DNA of 64,000 nucleotides from the human T2T-CHM13v2.0 reference genome, Homo sapiens: the NCBI RefSeq assembly GCF_009914755.1, contig NC_060935.1. One strand, written 5' to 3'. Of the stretch, positions 44,413-56,559 are shown piece by piece. Position 1 is the first letter of the stretch. Every line of letters starts with the position of its first letter. The notes under the pieces were generated by a model, which saw only the letters and a program-made list of their open reading frames with translations, was not told where the DNA came from and ran no database searches. The position numbers were made by a program, and so were the translations under genes.

Positions 44413-44969
44413 AGTTCCTCTCTTTTAGAAGCAGTTGTATGTGTGCACATACTGAAGTGTGTGTGCGTGTGTGTGGCGTTCCTAGGAATAATCATATTAC
44501 TAGTAGATAGAAGGGTAAAGGATTTCAGGGAGGAAATAAAGGGAAGGAAAACCCTCTTCCCTTCATCCTGATTTGTTATGGCCTAGCTTCCATTTGTGCT
44601 GATAGCTTTCTGCGTATTTATTTTCCTTTGAGTGACATTGTCTAAAGTTGCAAATAACTAATCTGATCATTTCATAACTCAGGACTGGGCAATGAAGGCT
44701 TTTCTACCATGAATGTTAATCATTCAGATGTTCAATATCAATATAAAATATTTGTGAATGCTTTTTTTCCTTTAATGATGCATTTGTCAAAATAAATTTG
44801 AGTTTCCCTTGCTGGCCTTACATATTCAAGAGGGAGAAAACTTCAAAATTCCACTACCGGAAAGTGTTTGCAAGTGGCTTATCCATGCTGGGAAGAAATA
44901 GAATCAGTACAGCCTTTCTGTCTTCTGAGCAGGCTAGTTTCCTGTGAGGTTTCAACTTCCTTCACTTCC

Positions 44970-45105
44970 AGCTGCCTCTGCTCTCTTCTCTACCTCTCTT
45001 CCTCTTTCTCCTCTCCTCTTACTCTAGGCTTTCCTCCTTCTTTTCTTTGTAGCTTCTCTAGCTTTCTCCTTTCTTCTCCTTTTTCTTCATAACTCTCTTT
45101 TTTTG
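44970..45105. repeat. CT-rich low-complexity tract
   Basis: Pyrimidine-dominated + strand. Confidence 0.75.
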
Positions 45106-46379
45106 TGCTCTATAGACAACTCCACGGTCGAGAATCCCTAGTTCAAGTTCCAAGTCTGAGACGGATCTTAGAGAGCATTGTTCCATCACCCACTTCCTAG
45201 TTCTTCAGACTCACCTGATTTCCCTCCACACATTTTGTCTATGCCTGTTCTTCTTCCCAACTGTTTTTCTTCCATGCCCAGATTCATAAAAGTTATGTAA
45301 AATATTCTAGATCTTTCCTAAATGTCATTAGGTCAAATAAATGGAACAACAACAACCACGAAAAGGCTCAGGGAAATAAAACAGAAATGTTAAATACTTT
45401 TGATTTTTTTCTCTTGCAGAAAGTCAACTGTTTTTTGAGGGAGCAAAATATTAAAAAGAAAGAAAGAAAAGGACCAACATATGACATTTCTGGTGCTTTC
45501 TTTTATCATGCTGAAGAGAAATTATCTGCAATTCCTTCTCAGTGGTTATGATGTCTTTTAAAAAAGTTACTAAGGAAAGGTGTTGAAAATCTGGTCAAGG
45601 ATATGGCAGGAGTAGTACTAAATTATGGGCAATTGGATATGGATTCTTAGTTATAATGCTTGGAACCTCAACAGATTAGTAAAATTTAACATTGCAAGGT
45701 CCTTTGACTCTTCTATTTTCCTAGGTTTAGCTTTAGGAGGTTATTAAAGTATGTCCATTTCTTTAATGTAAAGTTTTGTTAAAAGCACAGACTTCTGAGC
45801 ACCACCAAACCTAGCGTGTGTGCACCATGACACACGCGGATGTGACACTGCACCAGCCCACTCCTACCATGTCTCCTCTTGCTCTTCTTATGAACTGAAT
45901 TTGTGCCATCAATTTAGGCTTAAAAAAGATAAATGCAAAACAGAAAAAAAAAAAAAAGAAAAAGAAAGTGCTGTATTCAGGCACTCTTCCTCCCTATTGG
46001 TTTTACGAGTCAGTATCAAGCATCTTCTTTCTTATCCTTGCCAAACAGAAGAAAATGGATCTGTGCCTTGGTAGAAACCTTTTGGAGGGCGAGCAGCCGC
46101 TGCTTTGATACCAGCTTGCAGCTCTGCTGGCACCTAGCCTGTCGACTTTGAATGCGACCATAGTTTATATTTTTATCTGCATTTCCCTGATGTGATGAAT
46201 GTCTCCCATGTACTCCTGCAGGGTCCCTCTTTACTTGCTCCGCCCTTTGTGTGCTCTGGGAGGCTAATCCAGATGTGCCGCATCAGGGGGCCTCAAGCTT
46301 CTGGTGGAGCTCGGCTTGTGGGACAGTCAGCCTCTGGGAGACGGAGCAAGTGGAGGAAGAGAGAAGTTGAGACAATTAT

Positions 46380-46690
46380 TTCCCTAATTCCCTTTCTGGC
46401 AGGTCCTACTGGGTTAGTGTGATCTTCTGCGGAAGGCTGCAGCTGCTGTCAGGAGGCCCTCTGTCTACACTCCTCTCTGGAGAAGTGTAAGTGTTTTGTC
46501 AGGTAAATACTTCGTCACTCTCCGGCGTAGCAGTGAGAATCATCCCTCCTATCTCTAGCATCAGAGTCCCTCCTATTGTTTCTAACCACCCACCCCCCGT
46601 ATCCTTGTAAATAATCTCTTTATTAAATTGTCTGCAAATTACTTCATTTTAATGTGCTGTCCATTTCCTTTTGGGACCCTGGCTGATATT
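46380..46690 (+). mobile_element. LTR33-like ERVL LTR remnant
   Basis: Terminal block ccttgtaaataatctctttattaaattgtctgcaaattac..ttaatgtgctgtccatttcct..gggaccctggctgata resembles the LTR33 end. The 5' boundary and strand are approximate. Confidence 0.6.
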
Positions 46691-46880
46691 GATACTGATG
46701 TTGGGTAATTACTGATTATTGATACTGATAGTTGACACTGATACCGATAATAATTATTATTAATAGCTAATATCCATAATTTGATACTGATTATCAGAAA
46801 AGGATACTGACACTCTAGGATATTAGCAGGATCAGTAAATACTGACACTGATACTGATATTAATACTGGCTGCTACTGCT
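46684..46880. repeat. Degenerate hexamer repeat (GATACT)n
   Basis: Recurrent gatact / gacact / gatatt / aatact units. Confidence 0.7.
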
Positions 46881-47139
46881 AGGTAATTACTAGGTCTGTC
46901 TATCAATCTATCCATCTATCTAGGATGTTCTCACTCTTATAAATATCTCTATAAAGCCTTGTCAAACAGAAAAAGGAGACAATGTGAAAGGGTCTTGTGT
47001 ACATTTAGTCTCTATTCATCTATTACAAGTTTCCTTTCTAAACCAAATAGTTCTATATTGTTTTGGAGACTATCTAACCCTCATTAATTAGCTGTTTTAT
47101 TTCTATTTCTTTATTGCTCATATATAACAATAGGAAAAC

Positions 47140-48420
47140 TTGGTTAGTCAGTTAATTAACAAATATTTAGTAATGTATATTATTATATGACTTGAGACAT
47201 GATAAACATGTTCTAAAAGTGTGGAACACAACATTTGATAAGAAAGGCAGAATCTCCATCTTCAAAGAGATTGCATTATAGTGGAAAGAGCCAGACAATA
47301 TATAAATATATAAACCAAGAAATAAGATCATTAAGGTACTGATAAGTGTTATGAAGAAGATGAAACGGGGTGATTTTGACAGACATTGACTGTAACAGGA
47401 CCAGTTGTTTTAGAGAGCATCAGAGAAGCTCTTCATGAGGAGGAGCATCAGAGAAGCTCTTCATGAGGAGGAGCCTCATGAAGGTGAAACCTAAATGATG
47501 AGAAGCCAGCTATGTAAGAGGAGCATTTGACACAGAAGGAACCATAAGTACAAATGTAATGAGATGAGAAATTTCTTTGGTATGTTGAAGACATCAGGAC
47601 AGGTGAGTAGCATGCACCTGTGTCCCAGCTACACCAGAGGCTGAGGCAGGAGGATTGTGTGAGCCCAGGAGCTTGAGGATTCAGTGAGTTATGACCATAG
47701 CACTGCACTCCATCCTTTTGTGATGTCTTTTTTTTTTAAGAAACGTCACTGTGTTCCGGGTGACAGAGCAAGATGACATTTCTGAAAAAAAAATGGGGGG
47801 ACATCACAAAAGACCATGGATAAAACTAAGTAAACCAGAGAAACAAGAAGGAAGAGAGAGAGATGAATTGGGTGCATTGGCAAAGCCAGATAATGTTAGA
47901 ATGACCAGGCCATGGGAAGAGTCAGGTTCAAAACATACTTAGAAGCCACTGGAGACTTTTAAATGGGCATAGGAGGATCTGATTTGTAGTTTAGAATGAT
48001 TTCTCTGGCTGCTGCGTGTAGAACAGATCCTATGTAAGGGAGCAAATGTGGAGGCAGAAAAGCTACTGCAGAGGTGATAACATTAGCTAAAAGATCACAG
48101 TATCTGGGGAAAGGGTGGTTGCGGTAGAGAGAGTAAAAAGTAGTTGGTTTCAGAATACATTTTAATGGAAATGGAATAGCAGACTGATGATTGGATAATG
48201 GGAATTGAGGGAAATCAAGGAATCCAGAATGACTTGTAAATTTTTGTTCTAAGAAATTGAGTGGATAATGATGGCATTTACTTAAATAGCAAATACTTGT
48301 GGAGGTAAATTCTGGATATGTGGGGCAACCAAGGGTTTTGTTGATGCCATGTAAACTTTGGCATGCCAATTAGATACGAAGAGATACTGAGTGGAAAGCT
48401 GGATACTCAGGGGACCACAG
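47140..48420 (-). mobile_element. L2 (L2a-like) interrupted by an Alu monomer
   Basis: aacaaatatttag..; gataagtgttatgaaga; gaagccactggagacttttaa..gatctgattt..tctctggctgctgcgtgtagaacaga; ggaatccagaatgact..atggcatttact. Confidence 0.75.
47597..47793 (+). mobile_element. Alu right monomer (FRAM/AluJ-like) carrying a ~41-bp inverted insertion
   Basis: cacctgtgtcccagcta..gaggctgaggcaggaggatt..gagcccaggag..cactgcactccatcct[insert]gggtgacagagcaaga..A-tail. TSD GACATCA at 47590-96 and 47800-06. Confidence 0.85.
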
Positions 48421-49124
48421 TCTTCTGTTTCCTGGATTTCAGGTCCCTTTTAAACTGAAGCATAGTGAGAACAAGTGTAAAGCACAACACAGACGGAAGA
48501 TTGCACCTTAGCTCACTGCCCCGTGCACCCCGGTTACACCGTCTAAGAAAACACTCTGGATTCAATCCTTGGAAAAGTAGGTAGGAATTTGCTTTTCATG
48601 GAATTCAATCTGAATGGTTTATAAAAGAATCAAGTCAGTTATTCATGTGGCAGCATTATGTGCCCCTAAATTCTCTGATTTCCATTAACTAATCTCAAGT
48701 AAATAACAATAGGCAATGTGTCCAATATTTTGATCTCTCCAAACTAGTAAGAGGCTCAAGATCAGAATCAATTCTTTGCAGAAATTCCAATCTCTTCATC
48801 ACTAACATGGTATTTACTCTCAGTATGTGCTGAGCTACCACTTCTGGAAGAGTCTTTCCTGGTTAATTACTTGAAACCTGTTGCATTGGGAATTTCTCAG
48901 AAAGTCTGCCTTGATGAGCTTTACTCAAGAGCCGCAACTTCACGGATCGGACAACAGAAAAGACTTCGGCAGTTACCAAATCTGAAGTACTCATTGTGCA
49001 TGCTAGCAATCTGGGACTAATAAGGTTAAATTGTCTGAGACCTCAAGGTGGAAGTGACAGGTGGGTCTAGAACTCAAGTTTACCAATGACAGTCCAGTGT
49101 TATTGTCATTATCCTTTAGAATTG

Positions 49125-49680
49125 TTCATTTATTCATTCATCACACACTTATGAAAGTCCTATTATGTATTATATACTAAGCTTGAAGACCAAAACAAAT
49201 CAGTAAGATCCCTATCTTAAAGACTCTTAGATCTAGTACATGACTTAGTATAGGTGAAGAATTTTAATATAAGACTCAGTAGATGCTATAATAAAATAAT
49301 GAGCAAAACTATATAAAATCCCAGAGAAAGTTGAAACTTATTCTGTCTTGGATCTTTGGAAAATCCTAAAGAAATTTGCGAACTTTTATAGGGAGTCTTA
49401 TATAATGAAGAAACGTTTACTAGGCAGAAAATGGAGGGAGAGGTAGTTCAGAAAGGGATAACAACAGAGAAATTCAAAGTAGACAGAAGTGTGAATCATG
49501 GGGGAATGGAGGAAAGTGAGATTACAGAGGGGGTTTGGGGACAGACAGTACAAGCCTGGTAGACCCATCTAGGGAATTCGGAGTCTAGGAGGCCAGAAAG
49601 AGTCATGAAGCTTTGAAAGCAGGAAAGTGACAAGTTCAAATTTGTTTTAAAGCTGCTTTGGCTACAGCATAGAAATTGAG
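49125..49680 (-). mobile_element. L2 fragment
   Basis: ttcatttattcattcat..cctattatgta..tcttagatctagt..agatgctataataaa..tttgaaagcaggaaagtgaca..tttgttttaaa. Confidence 0.55.
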
Positions 49681-49989
<309 letters not shown>

Positions 49990-50424
49990 GAAATTGAGCA
50001 AAAGAAAGAGAAGCTGTCGATGGGGTGGTAGCTGTATGTTCACAGACATGTGCACCATATTGCTATGCTGTTGCAGTTTTGGAAGAGCGCTTGTGCTTCT
50101 GCCACTAAGTACTCGCACAGTTTTACATTAAAAATCTCTTATTGAGAGCTTACTAGGAGCAAAACAGCAAGGAGAGTCCGGCATGGTGCGGAGATTTCCA
50201 TCTTCTTGCCCAGGAAAATGTTTATAAGGAAAAAGAACTAAAGAGATTCAAAGTGAGGACAAGGCACTGTTGAAGAAATTAGAATGGCTTTTTGGAGTAA
50301 ATAAAATTTGGCATGGAGGGGTGATGGATATACAGGACTTTTGTAAGTAGAAGAGATTGACTGCTCTGACCAAAATGTCTTCCCTAACGCGCCCACTAAA
50401 ATGCAAGCTAAAAATTGAGATTAG

Positions 50425-50706
50425 GGCCAGGCGCGGTGGCTCACACCTATAATCCCAGCACTTTGGGAGGCCGAGGCTGGCGGATCACAAGGTCAGGAGA
50501 TCAAGACGATCCTTGCTAACACGGTGAAACCCCGTCTCTACTAAAAATACAAAAAATTAGCCGGGCGTGGTGGCGGGTGCCTATAATCCCAGCTACTCAG
50601 GATGCTGAGGCAGGAGAATCACTTGAATCCAGGAGGCGGAGCTTGCAGTGAGGCAAGATCGCGCCACTGCACTCCAACCTGGTGCCCCAGCGAGACTCCG
50701 TCTCAA

Positions 50707-50710
<4 letters not shown>
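50425..50710 (+). mobile_element. AluY-like Alu whose tail has become (TA)n
   Basis: gctaacacggtgaaaccccg and gcggagcttgcag; followed by (TA)29. Confidence 0.93.

Positions 50711-50768
<58 letters not shown>
50711..50768. repeat. (TA)29 perfect microsatellite
   Basis: Uninterrupted TA run. Confidence 0.97.
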
Positions 50769-50772
<4 letters not shown>

Positions 50773-51748
50773 GAAATTAGAGTGTCTATTTCTAACTTCT
50801 CTTCACTATTTCCTTCTTAGAAGTCAGAATGAAAGAAGTGCTCTAACAGTGTCGTCAACCTCGATTAAGCCTCAATCAAGCCAAAATTTGTGCTTGAAAA
50901 ACCTAAAGAGGAGAACTACCACTGTTTATTTTTGTTACATGATGGCAAACAGTATGAGTCATGTTTCCATGGAATTGACTAGCTGCAGGGGCAGGTAGAA
51001 ACTCAGCCAAAACAATAGAGTTAGAATTCTAAGGCTTTGGCGTGCACTCAACCTGACTGTAGATAATTCAGCTAATTTTTCCTTCAAGGTTTCCAACCAT
51101 AAGCCCCTAGGAATAAAGCACTATCTGATTGTCTCTGGCCATTTTAAAGTTCGCACCAACAGGTTGGTCTAGATAGGCTTATTTTATTTTGAAACTAAGC
51201 CCAAGTCCAGTTTGAGTTAATGTCAGAAATATAACCCAAATCATTAATCAGTCAATCTATTTATCAAAGCTTGCCCCATCTGTAAATAATTAGTTGCAGC
51301 CCATTTTACACTGTGGGTAAATAAAGTGTTTCTATTGCTCTCTTGGTATTGTTTCTGAAAAGCCATTGTTGTCACCTCTTATATATGGCCATAAGCAAGC
51401 TCTCAACAGCATAACTGGAAGACCAAAGAAAGAAATTAACTGAGCCATCCTGCATTAGTAAGGAAGGTGCTGATAGATAGCAGCAAAATCAAACAAGTTA
51501 GGAGTGGACCAGACAAGAGGGCCTTCTCTTTCAGTTACGAAAGCATCTGGCCTGTGTCCATGGCTAGATCATATATCTGACAATATCCTCCCTTTTAATG
51601 CTTTGCAGATCCAAGGTATAGTATCATACCCTAAGACTGAACTCTCCAGGGAAATTATGTCAAGCCATAGCCAAGAAAGTAGGATTGTAAAAATCACCCC
51701 AGGAACCAGCTGCCTGGATTTCACCTTCAGAAAACAAGGGAGAACATG

Positions 51749-51766
51749 GGCCAAAAGGTGGCGCTG
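51749..51766 (+). promoter_or_regulatory. CTCF motif (predicted)
   Basis: GGCCAAAAGGTGGCGCTG. Confidence 0.5.
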
Positions 51767-52275
51767 TGAGACTGAGAATAATGCCCGATGCTGCACTTTA
51801 GTCTCAAGTCTCTGAAAATATGCTCAGCACTTACCCCAGGGGGAAAAAAAAAAAAATAGAAGTTAGCTTTATTTTTAGAATTTATCTCTGTGCACTCAGG
51901 ATGGACTTAAGATTCCCATAAACTAATCTTCCTTGTTGATTATGTGTAGACAACAGATTCCCAGTGTGGGCAGGAAACAAAATAATTTTTATAAAGCCTC
52001 TGCGTCAAATGTATTCATTATTTGGATCTTTTGACCTGAATGGCAGTATTATTTTATAAGAATGGAGAAAATCAACATGGCTTCTAAAAAAGATAAGGTT
52101 TCTGCAAACTATTGGGAAAATGACTTGGCAGGCAATTAGGAATATTGATCTGTGCCGATGAGAACATGAAACAAATAGTCCCGCAGATTTCACATAGGGT
52201 GTTGGAGAACGCACCTTTTACAAAGAGAGATCTCATTGTTCAGCACTGTTGGAAATATAAGTGGGCATTCTTTGA

Positions 52276-52691
<416 letters not shown>

Positions 52692-53197
52692 CTAGCCAGG
52701 AGTTTCGTGGAATAAACATCAAAGCTCCTGCTTGCATTTATGGCAAAGGAGATCACATTCTCCAGCAAACCTTATTCCCTGAGCACCGAATATGTACATC
52801 ATATTGCGCCAGGGGCCAAAGTGAGACAAGTACATCCCAAGTTCATTCTCCTTGAGCCACCCCTAAAAAAAATACACCAAATAAGAGACCTGTGATACCT
52901 TCTTGATCATCAACGTGATGGGATCTCATGCTATTAAGCTAAGACAAGTTCTATAAGCCCAAATTTCTGGTCTCTTTAAATCACCATAGTAGGGTTTTTC
53001 TGGTTGAAGTTCATTAAAATATATAACCTCAGAATCTGAATGGACCCAAATGATTACTTACATTTATTTCACTCTGGGTTTTTGTGTCTGTAATGATGCC
53101 ATGTACTTTACAAATCTTTTCAAATCTTTAAAAGATGTATTATCTTTGCATATTAACAATCCATTGGGTTTGTCCCTAATTTAAAAATAAAGAAATA

Positions 53198-53532
<335 letters not shown>

Positions 53533-53932
53533 TTAATAAAAGACAAAGCCATGGATTTTAATTCAACTATATATGATCCTAGAGTCTGTGCTGTGCCAAA
53601 CAGTTTTCAAGACCTGAAAAATCATGTCGTCGAGTCTACACACCAAAAGAGATTGTATCAGCTGCCTAACATGCCCACTAAATATTCACTCAGTCTCCTA
53701 AACACAAGAAACTCACTCCTTTCTGAGGCAGGTCGTTGCATTTTTGAGCAATTTTAGTTATTTGAAAACTCTGATGATCACATTTTCAAAGAATGGCAAA
53801 ACCTTGATGTAGAAATGAAAGAGATAATTGAAAAAATCCAGGAAATTCAGAAGCTGCGGCTCACAAATTCTTTTGCCCACTTTAATTTGAATGTTTTAGC
53901 TCCTGTGAATGATGCATGAAGCCGCTGACATT

Positions 53933-53947
53933 GCAACAGATGGCGCT
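53933..53947 (+). promoter_or_regulatory. CTCF-like motif (predicted, weaker)
   Basis: GCAACAGATGGCGCT. Confidence 0.35.
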
Positions 53948-54349
53948 TTGGAAGAGATTCCTTTCTGAACTGCCTGGCCCTCTTATGGAAATCCTGTGAG
54001 GGGTGATCTCTGGTGACCAGGCTCAGCAGGAAGAGGAATGTGCATCCGACCTTGTGCGGAAGGTGTCCCCCAGCTGTTTTTGCAAATATCTGTTTTGTCA
54101 CGGGGGTGGCTAGGTCACAAAACCTAGAGTGACTCATGGCTTCATAGTAATATAAGTCTACCAACCTCCAAGACAGACTTCAAATCTCACTGTCAAAAGC
54201 ACCTAATTGCTACATCTACTGAGCCCAGCAGGTCCTATGATAAAATTCAGTGCATTACATACTGACCTAATTCTTATCTATTCCTTTCCCAAACCCTTTT
54301 TCCATCTTCCTTTGCCTTCAAAATCAGGAATATGAAACTGTATCCATAC

Positions 54350-54521
54350 AGCATTGCCATGTAAATTACTGGATGCACAGATACATTTGAATTGCAGATC
54401 AACAACTCATTTTTTAGTATAAGCACAGGACATGCTCACACTGAAAAATACTTGTTGTTTGTGTGCAATTCAAATGTGACTGGGCATTCTGTGTTTTTAT
54501 TTGCTAAATCTGGTGACCCTA
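54350..54521 (+). mobile_element. MER53 palindromic MITE
   Basis: ttgcca..atttgaattgcagatcaacaac..tttttagtataag..ttgttt..aattcaaat..actgggcattctgtgtttttatttgctaaatctggtgacccta. 8-bp TSD ATCCATAC / ACCCATAC. Confidence 0.85.
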
Positions 54522-55073
54522 ACCCATACAACAGCAAATCTATATTTTATTAAAGTATAAATGAGTACATTATTGTATATAACAGCTGTATTGAACGATT
54601 TTTGAATAGAAAAAGTCAAACTATGTTCCAAACATCTTTTAAATCTTTTTATAAGGCCAGGGATCCCTTTGTAATTAGTAAAACGAAAGCACCCCTGGAT
54701 TTGTATAAACTCAGGTTTCCATACCTCAGATCCGTTTGAAGTGAAGCACTCTCAAATTCCCTCAGTTAGTGATAATGGTGGTCCTTACAGGAAGTACCTT
54801 TGTTTCATTCCCTAACATTTGTTTTCCTCACCAAGGTGTTACCATTAACTTTGAATGGGTCAAGTTCATGCTCCCCCAATGCTGCCTCTTTATTGACTTG
54901 TCCTGCTCTATGTGGATGAAGAGGCTCCAGAGATCCTAAAGCTGTACTCTGGACATAGCTTAGTGGCAAGCACAGGGAAAAGTGTACAGAGGAAGACAAT
55001 AGGCTGGAATCGGAGGCTTCCAAAAATAAAATTGATTTTCTTTCTTTAAGAATTCCCAACTTTGTCTTAGGGA

Positions 55074-55262
55074 CAAAGCCGCTGGATTTAGCAAATAAAA
55101 ATACAAAGCACCCAGTTAAATTTGAATTTCAGATAAACAACAAGTAATGTTTTAATATAAATGTCTTGTGTATTGCATGAGATACCCTTATACTTAAACA
55201 TTACTCATAGTTTATCTTAAGTTCAAATTTAACTGGCACCTTGTGTTTTATCTGGAAAGCTT
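55074..55262 (-). mobile_element. MER53 palindromic MITE
   Basis: gatttagcaaataaaaataca..cccagttaaatttgaatttcagataaacaac..gtttatcttaagttcaaatttaactgg..ttttatctgg. Confidence 0.88.
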
Positions 55263-55481
55263 ACCTGGTAACATGGGGAGCTGCTTGCTGTCCTCAGCAC
55301 TGAGGTGTAAAATATGTAGGATGACTGGCACAAAATAGGCAACAACAATAGCAACAAATAAACAGTCACAACAGCAGTAGCAGCACTCAACAAACGCCAG
55401 CCTGGATAGATTTCCTTTAAGGCCCAAGAAACGGTTTCCAAGTGCTCCTCTCAAGCTGGGCTCTTCCTTTATATTGCCCCC

Positions 55482-55570
55482 TGCTATGGTTTCAGTGTGT
55501 CCCCTCCAAAATTCAGGTGTTGCCTATGTGATGGTTTCAAGAGATGGGGTCTTTAAGAGGTAATTAGGTT
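55482..55570 (+). mobile_element. MST-family MaLR LTR 5' fragment
   Basis: tgctatggtttcagtgtgtcccctccaaaattcaggtgttgcc..gtctttaagaggtaattagg. Confidence 0.75.
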
Positions 55571-55890
55571 TCTTCATCTGAAAAATGGAATTGATGATGG
55601 TAATAGCCTCCCAGCATTCATCCCAGGATATTCATGAGAAGCTTTACCATTCAAGGGCCTTGTGTATGTAAATGATTATGCTACACTTATTTTTCAGGTC
55701 TGGTTTCCTCTAATAATAGAAACAATAAACTGTTTGATATTTCTTGGCATCATTAATAAATCAAAAGTATGTTCCCCTTGTGTTCTATATTTTGCAAAAT
55801 AATGAGGAAAAGAAAGAACAGGGTTACTGAGCTCTTCGTTGGAATTTTCAGGGAGTTTTGGGTAGAAATTAAAACCAAGAGTAATTAAAG

Positions 55891-56066
55891 CAGCAGTTCA
55901 CTGACTGAATGATCATCAGACTCAACTGTAGACCAGGTAGAACTTGAACGCCCAGATCCAGCATACACTTGCTGAATTAGGATGTTTTGGGGTGTAACTT
56001 GGAAGTGTGTCCTTTGTAAAAGTTCCATAGGTCATTCTGATGATCAGCCAGGCTTGGGAATGACTG
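55891..56066. mobile_element. MER5-family MITE, diverged
   Basis: cttgctgaattag..ttttggggtg..ataggtcattctgatgatcagccaggcttgggaatgactg. Confidence 0.55.
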
Positions 56067-56115
56067 ATCTAGGTGGAGGATAAATACGGGTTACCTGATC
56101 GATGTGATGTCTTAA

Positions 56116-56559
56116 TTAGTAGATACATGTAACAATTGCTCCCTTTTCACCATTTCCACATGCCTTCCTCTCCCAGGAAGAAATGGCCACAACTCACCAC
56201 TCACAACCCCAGATCTGTTTAGTTCCTTCATTCTTACCATGTTATAATCTGGCCAGCCAGAGGATTTAGGAATTGATTAATTTAGGAATCTAAATTGATA
56301 ATTTAGAGAGATATCTAGGAGGTAAAAGTCAGGAGGATTTGATAGTAGATTGAAAGTGAAGAGGGAGAAGAAAATGGTAAGAAGAATGACCTGTTTTCTT
56401 GTTTGAGCAACAGAGTATGTGAACACATGGATCCTTCTCAGAGAGATGGAATTTAAAACAAGAGGGTGGAGTCAATTGTTTTAGTAGATACGTGTGACAA
56501 TTATTCCCTTTTCACCATTTCCCCATGCCTTCCTCTCCCAGAAAGAAATGGCCACAACT
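56116..56559. repeat. 79-bp dispersed direct duplication (56116-56194 / 56481-56559)
   Basis: Manual alignment: 6 mismatches in 79 bp, no gaps. Confidence 0.95.

Noticed and set aside
48890-49020. Short CpG-retaining stretch that could be an exon (KVCLDELYSRAATSRIGQQKRLRQLPNLK)
   Set aside because: No recognisable homology, a weak acceptor and no convincing donor.
54350-55262. miR-1302 gene
   Set aside because: The MER53 copies lack the mature miR-1302 sequence, and one has lost part of the hairpin centre.
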